64,000 nt of DNA, taken from a virus (Duplodnaviria > Heunggongvirae > Uroviricota > Caudoviricetes). The stretch lies in the IMG/VR virus record IMGVR_UViG_3300027708_003081. The stretch is one strand, 5' to 3'. A program made the position numbers and the translations under genes. Below, piece after piece: positions 1 to 9,622 of this stretch. Positions within the stretch are counted from its first letter, which is position 1. Every line of letters starts with the position of its first letter. The notes beneath the pieces were generated by a model. That model made no database searches and was not told the origin of the DNA. It was given only the letters and a program-made list of their open reading frames with translations.

Positions 1-620
1 TAAGATAATCTTTTTAATATTTTATTCAATATCGATATAAGGGCGGCAGAACTAATCAAAATCAAACCCGAAGCACCCATTCTTTCACCAATTAAAGTTG
101 CCGTTTTAGTTAAGTCAGCACTTCTTGCAATCATACTTTGAATATCAGGAATAATTGGTAATAAAAATGCGTAAGATAATATTTCAGATGCACTATTGAT
201 TGTAACATTTAAAGATTCAATAAATGTTGTGAAAGCATATTTCAAATCCTTTCCTTTACGTAAAACCGCTTTAAAAGCGTCCTCAATACCCTCTTCTTTA
301 ATTTTTTTAACCAATTCCCTCATTAAAGGTTTATTATCAAAAAATAATGTGGCAGCCGCTCCACATAATATTAATGCAATTTGATTATCATCCAAATTAA
401 ATTCACCCGTTCTAATAAAATTATCAAGTGGCATAACAAGTCCACCAACCGCCGGACCCCAAGTAGTTAATAATCTTAAATTAAGTCCGTATTTTTTCCC
501 AACCTTATTAACCATTCTATTTGTGAATGAATTCATCTTTCTCAAAGATTCAACGACCCTTGGACTTGAAATTCCTTCAACTAAAAATTTTAATTGTGTT
601 TCTGTTATTAAAAAGTTCAT
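1..620 (-). CDS. Hypothetical late protein with ITE leader and hydrophobic helices; runs to window edge
   Basis: Not in ORF track; manual translation from ATG at 620: MNFLITETQLKFLVEG...ILNKILKRLS, open to position 3; TATTTAT motif 6 nt upstream (627-633 on -). Confidence 0.75.
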   Translation of the reverse strand, partial: MNFLITETQLKFLVEGISSPRVVESLRKMNSFTNRMVNKVGKKYGLNLRLLTTWGPAVGGLVMPLDNFIRTGEFNLDDNQIALILCGAAATLFFDNKPLMRELVKKIKEEGIEDAFKAVLRKGKDLKYAFTTFIESLNVTINSASEILSYAFLLPIIPDIQSMIARSADLTKTATLIGERMGASGLILISSAALISILNKILKRLS

Positions 621-653
621 ATTTATATAAATATAATTATAATATTTATTGTT

Positions 654-1241
654 ATGAAAAGTGCAAAAAATCCTGAATTAAACCTTGGAGATAGAATTAT
701 TCTATACCATATGGAAGGCGAGACAACTGTTAACCCCGGTACAGAAGGAACTGTTACACATATCGCAAATGACCCATTTGAGGATGGTAATAAAATTCTC
801 ACCGTAAAATGGGACAACGGAAGTAGTTTATCTATCTTATCAAACTACGATGTTTGGAAACACGTAAAAAAAAAGAACATAGATGAGTCCGCAGAAGATT
901 GGTTAAGGGATAATGGAGATTTATTAAAATATTTTAAACATAGAGATGTAAGAGATTTTCTTATGAAAGTTAGAGAAAGTGGAATTACTAATATGTTTGC
1001 GGCGTCTCCATTACTTTATGCAGGTAGGGAACATATTGATAGATACTACGGCGAAAATCCACCCGATAAAGAAGCGTTTGAACAAGTTTTAGATATGGCT
1101 GACAGTGTTAAAAGTATGATGATTAGAGGCACTATGAAATATCTGGAATCGAAGGGAAAAGAAGTTTCAGTTGATAATGTTAATTCTAATATTAGAAAAT
1201 TGGCAATTAAAATGTGGGATTTTTACGGAAATTTCATCTAA
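654..1241 (+). CDS. DUF4314-like / DUF5049-like fusion protein
   Basis: N-term GDRI..M..PGTEGTV..VKWDNGSSL (DUF4314-like); C-term VRESGITNMF (DUF5049-like). Confidence 0.6.
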   Translation: MKSAKNPELNLGDRIILYHMEGETTVNPGTEGTVTHIANDPFEDGNKILTVKWDNGSSLSILSNYDVWKHVKKKNIDESAEDWLRDNGDLLKYFKHRDVRDFLMKVRESGITNMFAASPLLYAGREHIDRYYGENPPDKEAFEQVLDMADSVKSMMIRGTMKYLESKGKEVSVDNVNSNIRKLAIKMWDFYGNFI

Positions 1242-1420
1242 TATAATTCCTTAATTATTTTTTCTTTTAATTCTGCGGAAATATCAAAAGAAAGAAGGGA
1301 TTCTAAAGCCTCTACTTTACCAATTTCATATGAAATTTTGAGAGCTTTTAAAATCCCATCTCTATCAAGAATCATACTGTGAGAGATATTCTCATTCAAT
1401 ATTTTTTCAAAGTTCGGCAT
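1238..1420 (-). CDS. Hypothetical protein
   Basis: 60-aa ORF coupled to upstream ORF (shares base 1420). Confidence 0.6.
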   Translation of the reverse strand: MPNFEKILNENISHSMILDRDGILKALKISYEIGKVEALESLLSFDISAELKEKIIKELY

Positions 1421-1650
1421 TATTTTTCAATAAGCATATTTGTATTAGCGATAGGGAATCTTGCGATTGGAAGACTTCTTTCTTCGGAAGTCATCATATC
1501 AATACCTTTTTGAATAACTTCATAATACTGTCCTTCTTCTTTTACTTTTACTGTTGGAATGTTACCAAATTGATAAAGAATTTTTGATTCTGTATCCGTC
1601 TCATAGACTTTAACTGTCTTTAATGTTGTGTCAAATACTAATGTTTGCAT
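1420..1650 (-). CDS. Hypothetical protein
   Basis: 76-aa ORF downstream of TAnnTTTG promoter at 1762-1769. Confidence 0.7.
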   Translation of the reverse strand: MQTLVFDTTLKTVKVYETDTESKILYQFGNIPTVKVKEEGQYYEVIQKGIDMMTSEERSLPIARFPIANTNMLIEK

Positions 1651-1761
1651 CGTTTTGTAATTTTGTTAATGTTTAAATTTAAAAAAACAAGTGAATTCAA
1701 ATTAGTTCTCTAGTAAACTACCAATAAACTATCAGAAAAAAAAGAATTCAACTTGTTTCCA

Positions 1762-1769
1762 CAAAGATA
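1762..1769 (-). promoter_or_regulatory. Bacteroidota housekeeping-sigma -7 element (TATCTTTG)
   Basis: Matches TAnnTTTG on minus strand upstream of hairpin leader and ORF 1420-1650. Confidence 0.55.
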
Positions 1770-1835
1770 AAAGAAATAAAATCAATAATCAATAATTTCT
1801 CAAATAAGAATGTATTTATTATAAAATAATATATT

Positions 1836-2606
1836 ATGAGATTTTATACTTTAGGACAATTATCAAATGATGAGAAGTCAGACATTTTAGGTAAACACAG
1901 AGAAGTTTATAACGGATACAAAAGAATGCAGAACGAAGTTCAAAACGAACAACCACTTTACGTTCAAGATTTTGCAAACGATAAAGAAGGCATTACCGTT
2001 AATGGTTCAGGCGAAGTTAGTTCATATAACAATAAAATTTATATGAAAGAATCAAAAGAAGTATGTTCTGAATGTGGTTCACCATTAATGGAAGGAGAAT
2101 GTATGGAATGTGGAAGAGGATATATGGAAGAAGATATGGAAGAAGAAGGGATTTATGATGTTGCAAAACCATTTAATAAATCAAAAAATAAATTTGATTA
2201 CACAGACGAAGAAGTTGAATACGAACAAATGGAATCTGCATTTTCTGATGAGTTAGATGAAATTTCAGGACCAAGTCCATTATATTCTGATATTGATTTT
2301 GAGGCGTATGATTTTAAATCTGATGGGCCTAATCAAGCTCAAGGACCATATACTCGTAATGAGCAAGAAATGGAAGAAGGTTTTTATGATACAAATGATT
2401 ATGATGATTTTACAGATTATAGCGATAAATTTTATGATTTAGTAGATTACGGAGAAAGAGACACAGCACCAAAAAGAATGAAAAGAAAAATGGGTGATGT
2501 TGAAGATATTGATTGGGAAGAAATTGATGAAGATATTAAAGAATCATTTATCACACAAAAAACAAAGATAAATGAGATGTTCAACCGAATGAATAGATAT
2601 AATTAA
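1836..2606 (+). CDS. Acidic hypothetical late protein with CxxC..CxxC zinc ribbon
   Basis: CSECGSPLMEGECMECG; very D/E-rich; TATTTAT upstream. Confidence 0.75.
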   Translation: MRFYTLGQLSNDEKSDILGKHREVYNGYKRMQNEVQNEQPLYVQDFANDKEGITVNGSGEVSSYNNKIYMKESKEVCSECGSPLMEGECMECGRGYMEEDMEEEGIYDVAKPFNKSKNKFDYTDEEVEYEQMESAFSDELDEISGPSPLYSDIDFEAYDFKSDGPNQAQGPYTRNEQEMEEGFYDTNDYDDFTDYSDKFYDLVDYGERDTAPKRMKRKMGDVEDIDWEEIDEDIKESFITQKTKINEMFNRMNRYN

Positions 2607-2612
2607 AAAATT

Positions 2613-2638
2613 AACCCTCCAAAACGGAGGGTTTTTTT
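2613..2638 (+). terminator. Intrinsic terminator
   Basis: AACCCTCC-aaaac-GGAGGGTT followed by T run. Confidence 0.8.
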
Positions 2639-2692
2639 ATGCAAATATAGATTTTCATATATTTTGTGATATTTCTTTATAAAACAAACCAT

Positions 2693-2989
2693 ATGGAAAT
2701 TAAAGAAATAATATCTTACTTCCTCAATACAGATTCAAATATATTAGAAGTAAGTTTCAGAACAATAGATGATAACGAGGATGTTTTAAGAAACGACCAA
2801 ATTGACTACACATTAGCAGAAGAATACGGATATGAATTAGAGACAGAATCATTTGATTTTTTTGAAGACGATGACGAAGATGAACCTACTACAGATGAAA
2901 CTGAATTAGATGAAGACATATTAATATCTTTCTTAAATGAATATTATACAATAAATTCTAAATCAATACCGAAATCCGAATTTTACTGA
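2693..2989 (+). CDS. Acidic hypothetical protein
   Basis: ORF; ATG at 2693 (MEIKEI) preferred over GTG at 2666. Confidence 0.7.
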   Translation: MEIKEIISYFLNTDSNILEVSFRTIDDNEDVLRNDQIDYTLAEEYGYELETESFDFFEDDDEDEPTTDETELDEDILISFLNEYYTINSKSIPKSEFY

Positions 2990-3001
2990 TATTTATAAGT
3001 T

Positions 3002-3244
3002 ATGAATTTAGACGTAGATTTTTTAATCAAATTTTATAAAAATAATACTAAATCTGAAAGTAAAGAAGAATTTACTGAACAGGATGCGGCGGCTGCCGGA
3101 GCTTCGGCACCAAGCGGAGGAAGTGGAAAAACACCTAAAAAGTGGGAATCAGGAAGAAAATTTGGTAAAACATATATGAATGATGTTAAATACGTTTGGA
3201 ATTCTGACGTTCAAAGAGGTCACGCAAATTCACTGTTTTATTAA
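3002..3244 (+). CDS. Small hypothetical late protein
   Basis: 80 aa; TATTTAT 5 nt upstream; KKWESG...QRGHAN C-terminus. Confidence 0.7.
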   Translation: MNLDVDFLIKFYKNNTKSESKEEFTEQDAAAAGASAPSGGSGKTPKKWESGRKFGKTYMNDVKYVWNSDVQRGHANSLFY

Positions 3245-3293
3245 CAATTGATATATTTATAAATAAAAAAACTTAAGAAGAGTTAAAATACTA

Positions 3294-4577
3294 ATGGGAA
3301 AATTTTTTATAACTGAAGGAGAAAAAAGAAATATACAACAAATGTATGGTGTACAAAAACATCATGCAGTTTTGGAAACCATTACTGATGAAACTTCTGA
3401 TTTTGTTATTAAAGAATGGCTTTCACCTGATGAAAATTTTTGTATTTTTTTAGATGAATTATATGATATTAGAAATAAAACCAAATTAGGTAATATTTTT
3501 GAAAATTTTGAAAACTTTAAGTTTTTTTTAAAACATTCTTTTGAATCTGTATCAGGCATTTCGAAACAAATAAAAGAAAGTGTTTTAAATGATTTGGATA
3601 AGTTAATAATAACTGAATCAATTCAAGATATTTCTTTTCTTAAGGAATCCGTAAGAGAAATTATAAAAGAAAATTGGTTAGGAGATGCTTGGGATGCAAC
3701 AAAAAACGCTGTAAAGGGTTTTGGTGATTGGACAGTTAAAAAAGGTGAGGAAGCGGTTAGTGGAGTTAAAACTTTTGTATCAAAAGCGTATTCAGGTGGA
3801 AAACAATTAGTTTCCGCAATTTCTAATGGAGAATGGACTAAAATACTTGATATAATAGGTAAAGGTGTTATATATCTTGCTCGTAGTATCAGAAGTGCTA
3901 TGTATCACCCTGTCGGTATGATTTTAGATGGTATTTTGGTTGCGTCGGGAATTGGTAAAGCGGTTCAGTGGATACCTTGGGCAATAATTGTGGCTCTTGA
4001 TATCTACGAAATTGCAACTAATAATTACGAAGAAGAAATGCCGTTATGGTTAAGAATACTTATGGTTGGTTGTGATGCTTTAGGTTTAGTTGTTGCAGGT
4101 GTTACCGCAGTTGGTGCTAGAAAAGCTATTCAAGCGGGAACTGCAGGTTTAAAAAGTACCGAGCAATTAGCCGCAGCGATGGCGAAAAATCCTGAGTTGA
4201 AATCAACTATTATAACGATGGAGAAAAATATAGATAAAGTTCCTGGATTCCTTCAAAAAGCAATTGATTATCTTAAACCAAGATTTCCAAGTGGTGCAAA
4301 ATTTATTGAGGGAATAATGGGAAATGTATCTTCTTTTATACAAAAAGTCAAATCTTCATTACCAACGGTCGCAGGAACAAAACAATTTGCAAAAGTTGCA
4401 GGAAAAGAAACTTTAAAAACTGCTGGTATTGTTTATGGTTTGGAAACAGGAATAAAAAAAGGTGCTCAGATGTATTATGGTATTGGTGATGATGAAATGA
4501 AACTAGCGGAACTATCACAACCATCAATAAAAAATTATGAAGAAAAATACGGTAGTTTTGCAGATGGATGGGGTTAA
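3294..4577 (+). CDS. Putative virion/ejected protein with ITE leader and hydrophobic helices
   Basis: MGKFFITEGEKRNI leader; hydrophobic segments GMILDGILVASGIG, WIPWAIIVAL, LGLVVAGVTAVG. Confidence 0.7.
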   Translation: MGKFFITEGEKRNIQQMYGVQKHHAVLETITDETSDFVIKEWLSPDENFCIFLDELYDIRNKTKLGNIFENFENFKFFLKHSFESVSGISKQIKESVLNDLDKLIITESIQDISFLKESVREIIKENWLGDAWDATKNAVKGFGDWTVKKGEEAVSGVKTFVSKAYSGGKQLVSAISNGEWTKILDIIGKGVIYLARSIRSAMYHPVGMILDGILVASGIGKAVQWIPWAIIVALDIYEIATNNYEEEMPLWLRILMVGCDALGLVVAGVTAVGARKAIQAGTAGLKSTEQLAAAMAKNPELKSTIITMEKNIDKVPGFLQKAIDYLKPRFPSGAKFIEGIMGNVSSFIQKVKSSLPTVAGTKQFAKVAGKETLKTAGIVYGLETGIKKGAQMYYGIGDDEMKLAELSQPSIKNYEEKYGSFADGWG

Positions 4578-4600
4578 AAATTAAATAAAATAAACACAAT

Positions 4601-5566
4601 ATGAAACAAACATTAAAAGAACAACTGGAAAGATATTTAACTCTTTCAAGTTATAATACAAAATTAACATTATCTGAAAATTTAAAAAATGTTGAAAATA
4701 GTTTAAATGAGGCGGGTCCTTCTCCAGCCGCAACATTAAGAGATGTTGAGGCAGCATTCAAATCCGTTGAATCATTAAGAAATGAGATGAAGATTACAAA
4801 AGAAATTGATGAAATTGCAAAATTACTTAAGATGGATGCTAAAAGTTTTGAAAAACAATTAGCAAAGGCTTTTGAGGAAGATATAAAAAATGGGTTTCCT
4901 AAAGGAACACTTGGTCCTGCAGCTAAAGATGTGTCTAAAGTAGATGCATTAAGAAAAATTGCTGCGGATAGTAAAATAAAGGGAGGTCCTTTAACTGCGG
5001 ATGAAGTTAAGGTAATTAAAGATGATATCACCGCAACAAATAAATTAAAAGCTGCTAAATTTGAACCAAAAGCACCACGAACGCAAAAAGATATTGATGA
5101 CGGAGGAAAAGGAATTAAACAATTGCCACCTGAAGGTAAAAACTGGAATTGGAAAAAAATGTTAAAATGGGGCGCAGGAATAGGACTATCTATCGCGGCT
5201 GTTTCTTGGATTTGGACTAAACTACACGGAGAAGAACCACCACCACCTCCACCAGATGTTACACCAGTACCTCAGCCAAGTCAATATAAATCTTGTCCTG
5301 ATACTTTCCCAATTGCTATGTATTGTAAAAATGAAACAATTAGAAAAGTTCAAGGATGTTTAGGTGTTGCATCAGATAGTGCGTTTGGACCTAAAACACA
5401 AGCAGCTTTAGAAGCCAAAGGACTTACAGGAACAGAAATTACACAAGATACTGTAGATAAAGTTTGTGGTGGTGGAACAACACCATCTCCATTTCAAGAT
5501 GATAATGAGGAAGATACTACTTCAAATCAATCAACACAATCGGCGGATGATGCTGATGAGGCTTAA
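4601..5566 (+). CDS. Membrane-anchored protein with peptidoglycan-binding-like C-terminal domain
   Basis: TM GAGIGLSIAAVSWIW, poly-Pro linker, IRKVQGCLGVASDSAFGPKTQAAL (PG_binding_1-like). Confidence 0.65.
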   Translation: MKQTLKEQLERYLTLSSYNTKLTLSENLKNVENSLNEAGPSPAATLRDVEAAFKSVESLRNEMKITKEIDEIAKLLKMDAKSFEKQLAKAFEEDIKNGFPKGTLGPAAKDVSKVDALRKIAADSKIKGGPLTADEVKVIKDDITATNKLKAAKFEPKAPRTQKDIDDGGKGIKQLPPEGKNWNWKKMLKWGAGIGLSIAAVSWIWTKLHGEEPPPPPPDVTPVPQPSQYKSCPDTFPIAMYCKNETIRKVQGCLGVASDSAFGPKTQAALEAKGLTGTEITQDTVDKVCGGGTTPSPFQDDNEEDTTSNQSTQSADDADEA

Positions 5567-5580
5567 AATATAAGAAAAAA

Positions 5581-6720
5581 ATGAAAAAATTTATAATTTC
5601 AGAAACAGAAAAAAAAGAAATATTAGATAAACATAAAAGTTTTAAATCTATTTTAGAAAATAGATTAAAAAATAAATTAGTTTTATCCGAGCAGATAACC
5701 GCACCAACAGGTGACGACCTTATCAAAAAAGCCAAAAATGTTTGTCCCACATTAAAAAATGGTGCTTTTGTTAGAGTAAGTGGAAGTCGTGCAATTAAGA
5801 TTACCGCAGCCAAAGACGGCCCGTTAAGTGCTGTTACCAACAAACCAAAATATGTTACAGGTGATGTTCTTGTATATAAAAGTGATATGACTTATGATGT
5901 ATATGATGGAACAAAGGCAGCAAATAATAATTGGGTTAAAAAAGGAACATATAAGTGGAAATGTGCGGGATTAACTGCACAGGCGGATGATTTTAGTGCG
6001 ACTGCAGGTAAACAAGAAGTTGACGCAGGTGGTTGGATGACGTATGATGAGGCCAAAGCTGCGGGTATAAACCTTACTGACCCTAAATTCTACGAGCAAA
6101 AGACAATTAATGGTGTACAATATTTCAAAAAGAAAGGAATTACTGTAGGTGGTGCTGGCTCACAAGAACAAACTGAGGTTATTGATTTTTTAACCAATAG
6201 ATACGGAGCAAGATTCCAAAGAAAATTAAAACAACCATCACAAGGTTTTTGTTGGGCATTCCAAGGAGAAGAGCCTTTGAGTGAGCCGAAATGGTCTTTA
6301 GAAAATGTTGTTGGAGGTGCAGAATATGGTGTGACAGAAGGGTTAAAAATATTTGTTAGTCCTGAATGTTTAAGTAAAATTAGACAAGCATCAAAAGATG
6401 TTGTTAGTACTGAATCAGGATATAGAAAAATTGATAATGACACCTGTAAAGACTTTTTAAAGAATTATATGGAAGCATATGAAAATGGTGTAGACGCAAC
6501 AACAACCGCATTTACTCAAATGAAAAAAGACGTTCAATCTTGTAAGAGAAAATTCTGTTCTAAAAACATTTCAAAAACTCAAGGAAAATGTCAAGGTAGT
6601 TGGAAATTAGGTCTTATGGGTGGTTCAAGAAAAATGGACGACATTATTGATTTCTTCTCAGGGGAAAATAATTCAATCGGTACTTCACCTGAAAGAACTA
6701 ATCCATATAGAATAACATAA
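5581..6720 (+). CDS. Hypothetical virion-associated protein with ISE leader
   Basis: MKKFIISETEKKEILDKH; 379 aa in late operon. Confidence 0.75.
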   Translation: MKKFIISETEKKEILDKHKSFKSILENRLKNKLVLSEQITAPTGDDLIKKAKNVCPTLKNGAFVRVSGSRAIKITAAKDGPLSAVTNKPKYVTGDVLVYKSDMTYDVYDGTKAANNNWVKKGTYKWKCAGLTAQADDFSATAGKQEVDAGGWMTYDEAKAAGINLTDPKFYEQKTINGVQYFKKKGITVGGAGSQEQTEVIDFLTNRYGARFQRKLKQPSQGFCWAFQGEEPLSEPKWSLENVVGGAEYGVTEGLKIFVSPECLSKIRQASKDVVSTESGYRKIDNDTCKDFLKNYMEAYENGVDATTTAFTQMKKDVQSCKRKFCSKNISKTQGKCQGSWKLGLMGGSRKMDDIIDFFSGENNSIGTSPERTNPYRIT

Positions 6721-6730
6721 CAATATTTTT

Positions 6731-7414
6731 ATGAAAAAACAAATTAGAAAAGCAATAATTGAGGCTAAAGAAAAAAAAGACACTCTTTTAATTGAAGAAA
6801 AAATAATTAAAAGTAGATTATTGGTAATATTTGAAAATACCGATAATATTAAAAACTTTAATTCACTTTCAGAGAAAAAGAAACTCAATATGAGTTTCAG
6901 ATTGATGAATGAAATAAACTATTTACAACAAACTGGTTTAATTAAAGAAGATTTTGATTTAACAGGAATGTTTAAAGGTTTATTTGGTAATATAATTGGT
7001 GGGGGTGTTGAAACTTTTGTGGAACCTTTTGTTAATTCTTTTTTAAGTTCAATTGGTTTATCTGGATATTGGAAAAATGTTATTATTTCATTTGTTACAA
7101 GAAACCCTGCAAGAATTGTTAAAGCTTTCAGTAATTGTAAAGAAATGACAAAAATTTTGGCAGAAGCTCTTGTTGAGGGAGTAGTTATGACTTTCCAAAA
7201 AGAAAAGGGTTTAGGTGGTTTTGGTTTTGATTTAATTAGAAATACTTTATTAGACACAATAAATGAAAGTCCTTTAGCTCAAAAACTTGAAGGGGGTTTG
7301 GCTGAGACTGTTTGTGGTTTATTTGGTAAAATTGGTGATAACGCTAAAAAAGTTTCTGCAAGTTTGGGTGGACTCAAAAATGCTGAGCCTCAACCCGCAG
7401 TTGCAACAAGTTAA
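6731..7414 (+). CDS. Hypothetical protein
   Basis: 227-aa ORF ending the late operon. Confidence 0.75.
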   Translation: MKKQIRKAIIEAKEKKDTLLIEEKIIKSRLLVIFENTDNIKNFNSLSEKKKLNMSFRLMNEINYLQQTGLIKEDFDLTGMFKGLFGNIIGGGVETFVEPFVNSFLSSIGLSGYWKNVIISFVTRNPARIVKAFSNCKEMTKILAEALVEGVVMTFQKEKGLGGFGFDLIRNTLLDTINESPLAQKLEGGLAETVCGLFGKIGDNAKKVSASLGGLKNAEPQPAVATS

Positions 7415-7487
7415 TCTATAGAGGTAAAACTCTTTAGTATAAACGGTGATTCTTAAAAAAAAGGGGGTGTTCCAAAATCTAAAAGGA

Positions 7488-7513
7488 GGGTGTCGAAAGA
7501 CACCCTTTTTTTT
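7488..7513 (+). terminator. Intrinsic terminator between convergent genes
   Basis: AGGGTGTC-gaaa-GACACCCT followed by T run. Confidence 0.8.
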
Positions 7514-7514
7514 G

Positions 7515-8189
7515 TTACTTCTTTTTGGTTTTAACAATTTCATCAATAATACCATAATCTAAAGATTCCTGACTATCTAACCATAAATCCCTTGAGGCAT
7601 CTTTCATAACTTGTTTTGCGGGTTTACCACAATATTCACCAAGAAGTTCAAAAAGAGTATTGTTAATTTTGTACCACTCCTTCATATCAATCTCGGCATC
7701 CTGAATATTTCCGTGGAAACCACCTGATGATTGGTGAAGCATCGTTCTTGAAAATCTTAAAGAACTTCTCTTACCTTTTGTACCCGCACCTAGCAATACT
7801 GAACCCATAGAAGCCGCCATTCCTGTGTTTACTGTCCTGATATCGCATCCGATGTAATTCATCACATCAACCATAGAAAGACCTGATTTAACCGAGCCTC
7901 CACCGGAGTCAATATGCATAGTAATATCAGTTTTATCCGTATTATCCAAGAACATAAGTTGTGCCTGAACAATAGTAGACATTCTATCATCAACAGGACC
8001 GGCAACCCATAGTATCCTATCGCGCATAAGCCTCGAAAAAATATCAATTTGTGTTGCCCTCATTTCCCGTTCTTCAAGGATATAAGGAGTCATAGATGAT
8101 TCAATTTGATTACCATAGTTGTGTAAATCTAATGAACCTTTACCCAAATGTTTGGTGTAATAACTTGTAAATTCTTGTCCGATATTCAT
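7515..8189 (-). CDS. clpP: ATP-dependent Clp protease proteolytic subunit (Bacteroidota-type)
   Basis: TPYILEER, DIFSRLMRDRI, catalytic AASMG / MLHQ / RDLW, YGIIDEI. Confidence 0.95.
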   Translation of the reverse strand: MNIGQEFTSYYTKHLGKGSLDLHNYGNQIESSMTPYILEEREMRATQIDIFSRLMRDRILWVAGPVDDRMSTIVQAQLMFLDNTDKTDITMHIDSGGGSVKSGLSMVDVMNYIGCDIRTVNTGMAASMGSVLLGAGTKGKRSSLRFSRTMLHQSSGGFHGNIQDAEIDMKEWYKINNTLFELLGEYCGKPAKQVMKDASRDLWLDSQESLDYGIIDEIVKTKKK

Positions 8190-8199
8190 ATATTATATT

Positions 8200-8511
8200 T
8201 TATTCTGTGTAGTGTCCTAAATAGTATTCATATTCTTGTCCAACTTTTGGGTTTTTTAAAAATACTTCTTGTCTCGTCATTTCGTGTCTGTATAATTCCA
8301 TTTCCATAATGATGTTATCACTAACTAAACTATCATTAATCATTTTTAAGCTATCTGATTCTTTTCTTAATTGTTTGTTTTCAATTGATTGAAGATGATA
8401 TAGTTTTTTCTCACTACTTTGTGTGATGGTATTAATGAATAAAAGCAAAGATAAGGAAACAATTAGAATTTCACGACTAAAATAAGTCAAATGTTTAATA
8501 ATTTTTTTCAT
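8200..8511 (-). CDS. N-terminally membrane-anchored coiled-coil protein
   Basis: TM ILIVSLSLLLFINTI followed by coiled-coil. Confidence 0.65.
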   Translation of the reverse strand: MKKIIKHLTYFSREILIVSLSLLLFINTITQSSEKKLYHLQSIENKQLRKESDSLKMINDSLVSDNIIMEMELYRHEMTRQEVFLKNPKVGQEYEYYLGHYTE

Positions 8512-8527
8512 AGTATTTTATTTTGTT

Positions 8528-8559
8528 CAAACATACTAAAAATAAAAATGGGAGTCAAA
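8528..8559 (-). promoter_or_regulatory. Bacteroidota-type promoter TTTG-N20-TATGTTTG for the clpP operon
   Basis: -33/-7 consensus with 20-nt spacer on minus strand. Confidence 0.6.
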
Positions 8560-8730
8560 TGACTCCCGATTTCCTCTATAAATTGATTTTAGAATTTTAT
8601 GGTTTGAGATATATCACGTCTCGTACTAACCAATTTCTCATATATTATCCCAAAAGACATTCTTTTGAAGATATACTATAAATATCAAAAAAAAGTTTGT
8701 AATATCAAATATTTTTACTAATTTTATTTT

Positions 8731-9069
8731 ATGAATAACTTATTTTTTGGTGTGTTATATGGATTGTTTGGACAGATAGGTAGTTTTTTGCAGTTACAGG
8801 GTAATGTAAAATATGGTTGGTATGAGAAACATCCGTATATATTATTATTGGTGAGTATACCAATAAGTTGGTTATATATTCAATCTGTAAAAAGTTTAGT
8901 TTTATATTTTGGAGGTGAAATTTGGCAATCAAGATTTATAGGTTTTGGAATAGGTATTATTGTTTTTAGTATAATGAGTTCACTTTTATTTAAAGAACCA
9001 TTTACAATTAAAACATTAATTTCAATACTTTTGGCTATAATAATAATTTTAATACAAATAATTAAATAA
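8731..9069 (+). CDS. Small 4-TM membrane protein (SMR/DMT-like topology)
   Basis: 112 aa, four hydrophobic helices, FKEPFTIK near C-terminus. Confidence 0.65.
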   Translation: MNNLFFGVLYGLFGQIGSFLQLQGNVKYGWYEKHPYILLLVSIPISWLYIQSVKSLVLYFGGEIWQSRFIGFGIGIIVFSIMSSLLFKEPFTIKTLISILLAIIIILIQIIK

Positions 9070-9070
9070 T

Positions 9071-9250
9071 ATGTGGATAATAATTAAAAAAATGGAATTA
9101 ACCGAAAAGGGTGTTAAAGTACCTGTAGTAATAATAGATACACACGGAGAGGTGTTAGATTTTGAAGATTACGCCGAAGCTGAAAAAACAAGATTGTTGT
9201 TTCAATCAAACTCCGATTCTGCTCACGAATACATACTTAAAGAAATATAA
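9071..9250 (+). CDS. Hypothetical protein (59 aa)
   Basis: Manual translation MWIIIKKMELTEKGVKVPVVIIDTHGEVLDF...YILKEI fills the operon gap. Confidence 0.6.
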   Translation: MWIIIKKMELTEKGVKVPVVIIDTHGEVLDFEDYAEAEKTRLLFQSNSDSAHEYILKEI

Positions 9251-9251
9251 T

Positions 9252-9605
9252 ATGGCTCATCCAAATTTACACGCGAAGAGTTCCGCCAAGAAATTTGGTG
9301 GGAAATGGGAAGATTATATTCATCTGCACGAATGGCTTGATGAAACCAAAGGATGGTTTGGAGATTCTTTACATAGAATGTTTAGACATCACAGCGAAGG
9401 TATATTTGAAATGGAACAGAGGTTTGGTACGGAATTTAAAAACTCTGATGGGAAAACGGTATATACAAGATATGTTGGGGAACAACACGTCAAGGAAGAT
9501 TGTAATGGATATATTCCTTCTGCCAAAGAGTGGGTTAATAACATTTCATCAAATGAAAGACCTCTTTGGATGATAAAAGTTTTAAAATTAGAATTTGAAG
9601 ATTAA
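9252..9605 (+). CDS. DUF6915-like His-rich protein
   Basis: MAHPNLHAKSSAKKFGG..DYIHLHEWLD..HRMFRHHSEGIF..VGEQHVKED; ATG at 9252. Confidence 0.7.
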   Translation: MAHPNLHAKSSAKKFGGKWEDYIHLHEWLDETKGWFGDSLHRMFRHHSEGIFEMEQRFGTEFKNSDGKTVYTRYVGEQHVKEDCNGYIPSAKEWVNNISSNERPLWMIKVLKLEFED

Positions 9606-9622
9606 AGAGATATTTATAGTTT

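Noticed and set aside
196-384. Plus-strand ORF and the many other short shadow ORFs (e.g. 4651-5031, 19952-21673, 34452-35519)
   Set aside because: Antisense or off-frame to longer genes with recognisable motifs
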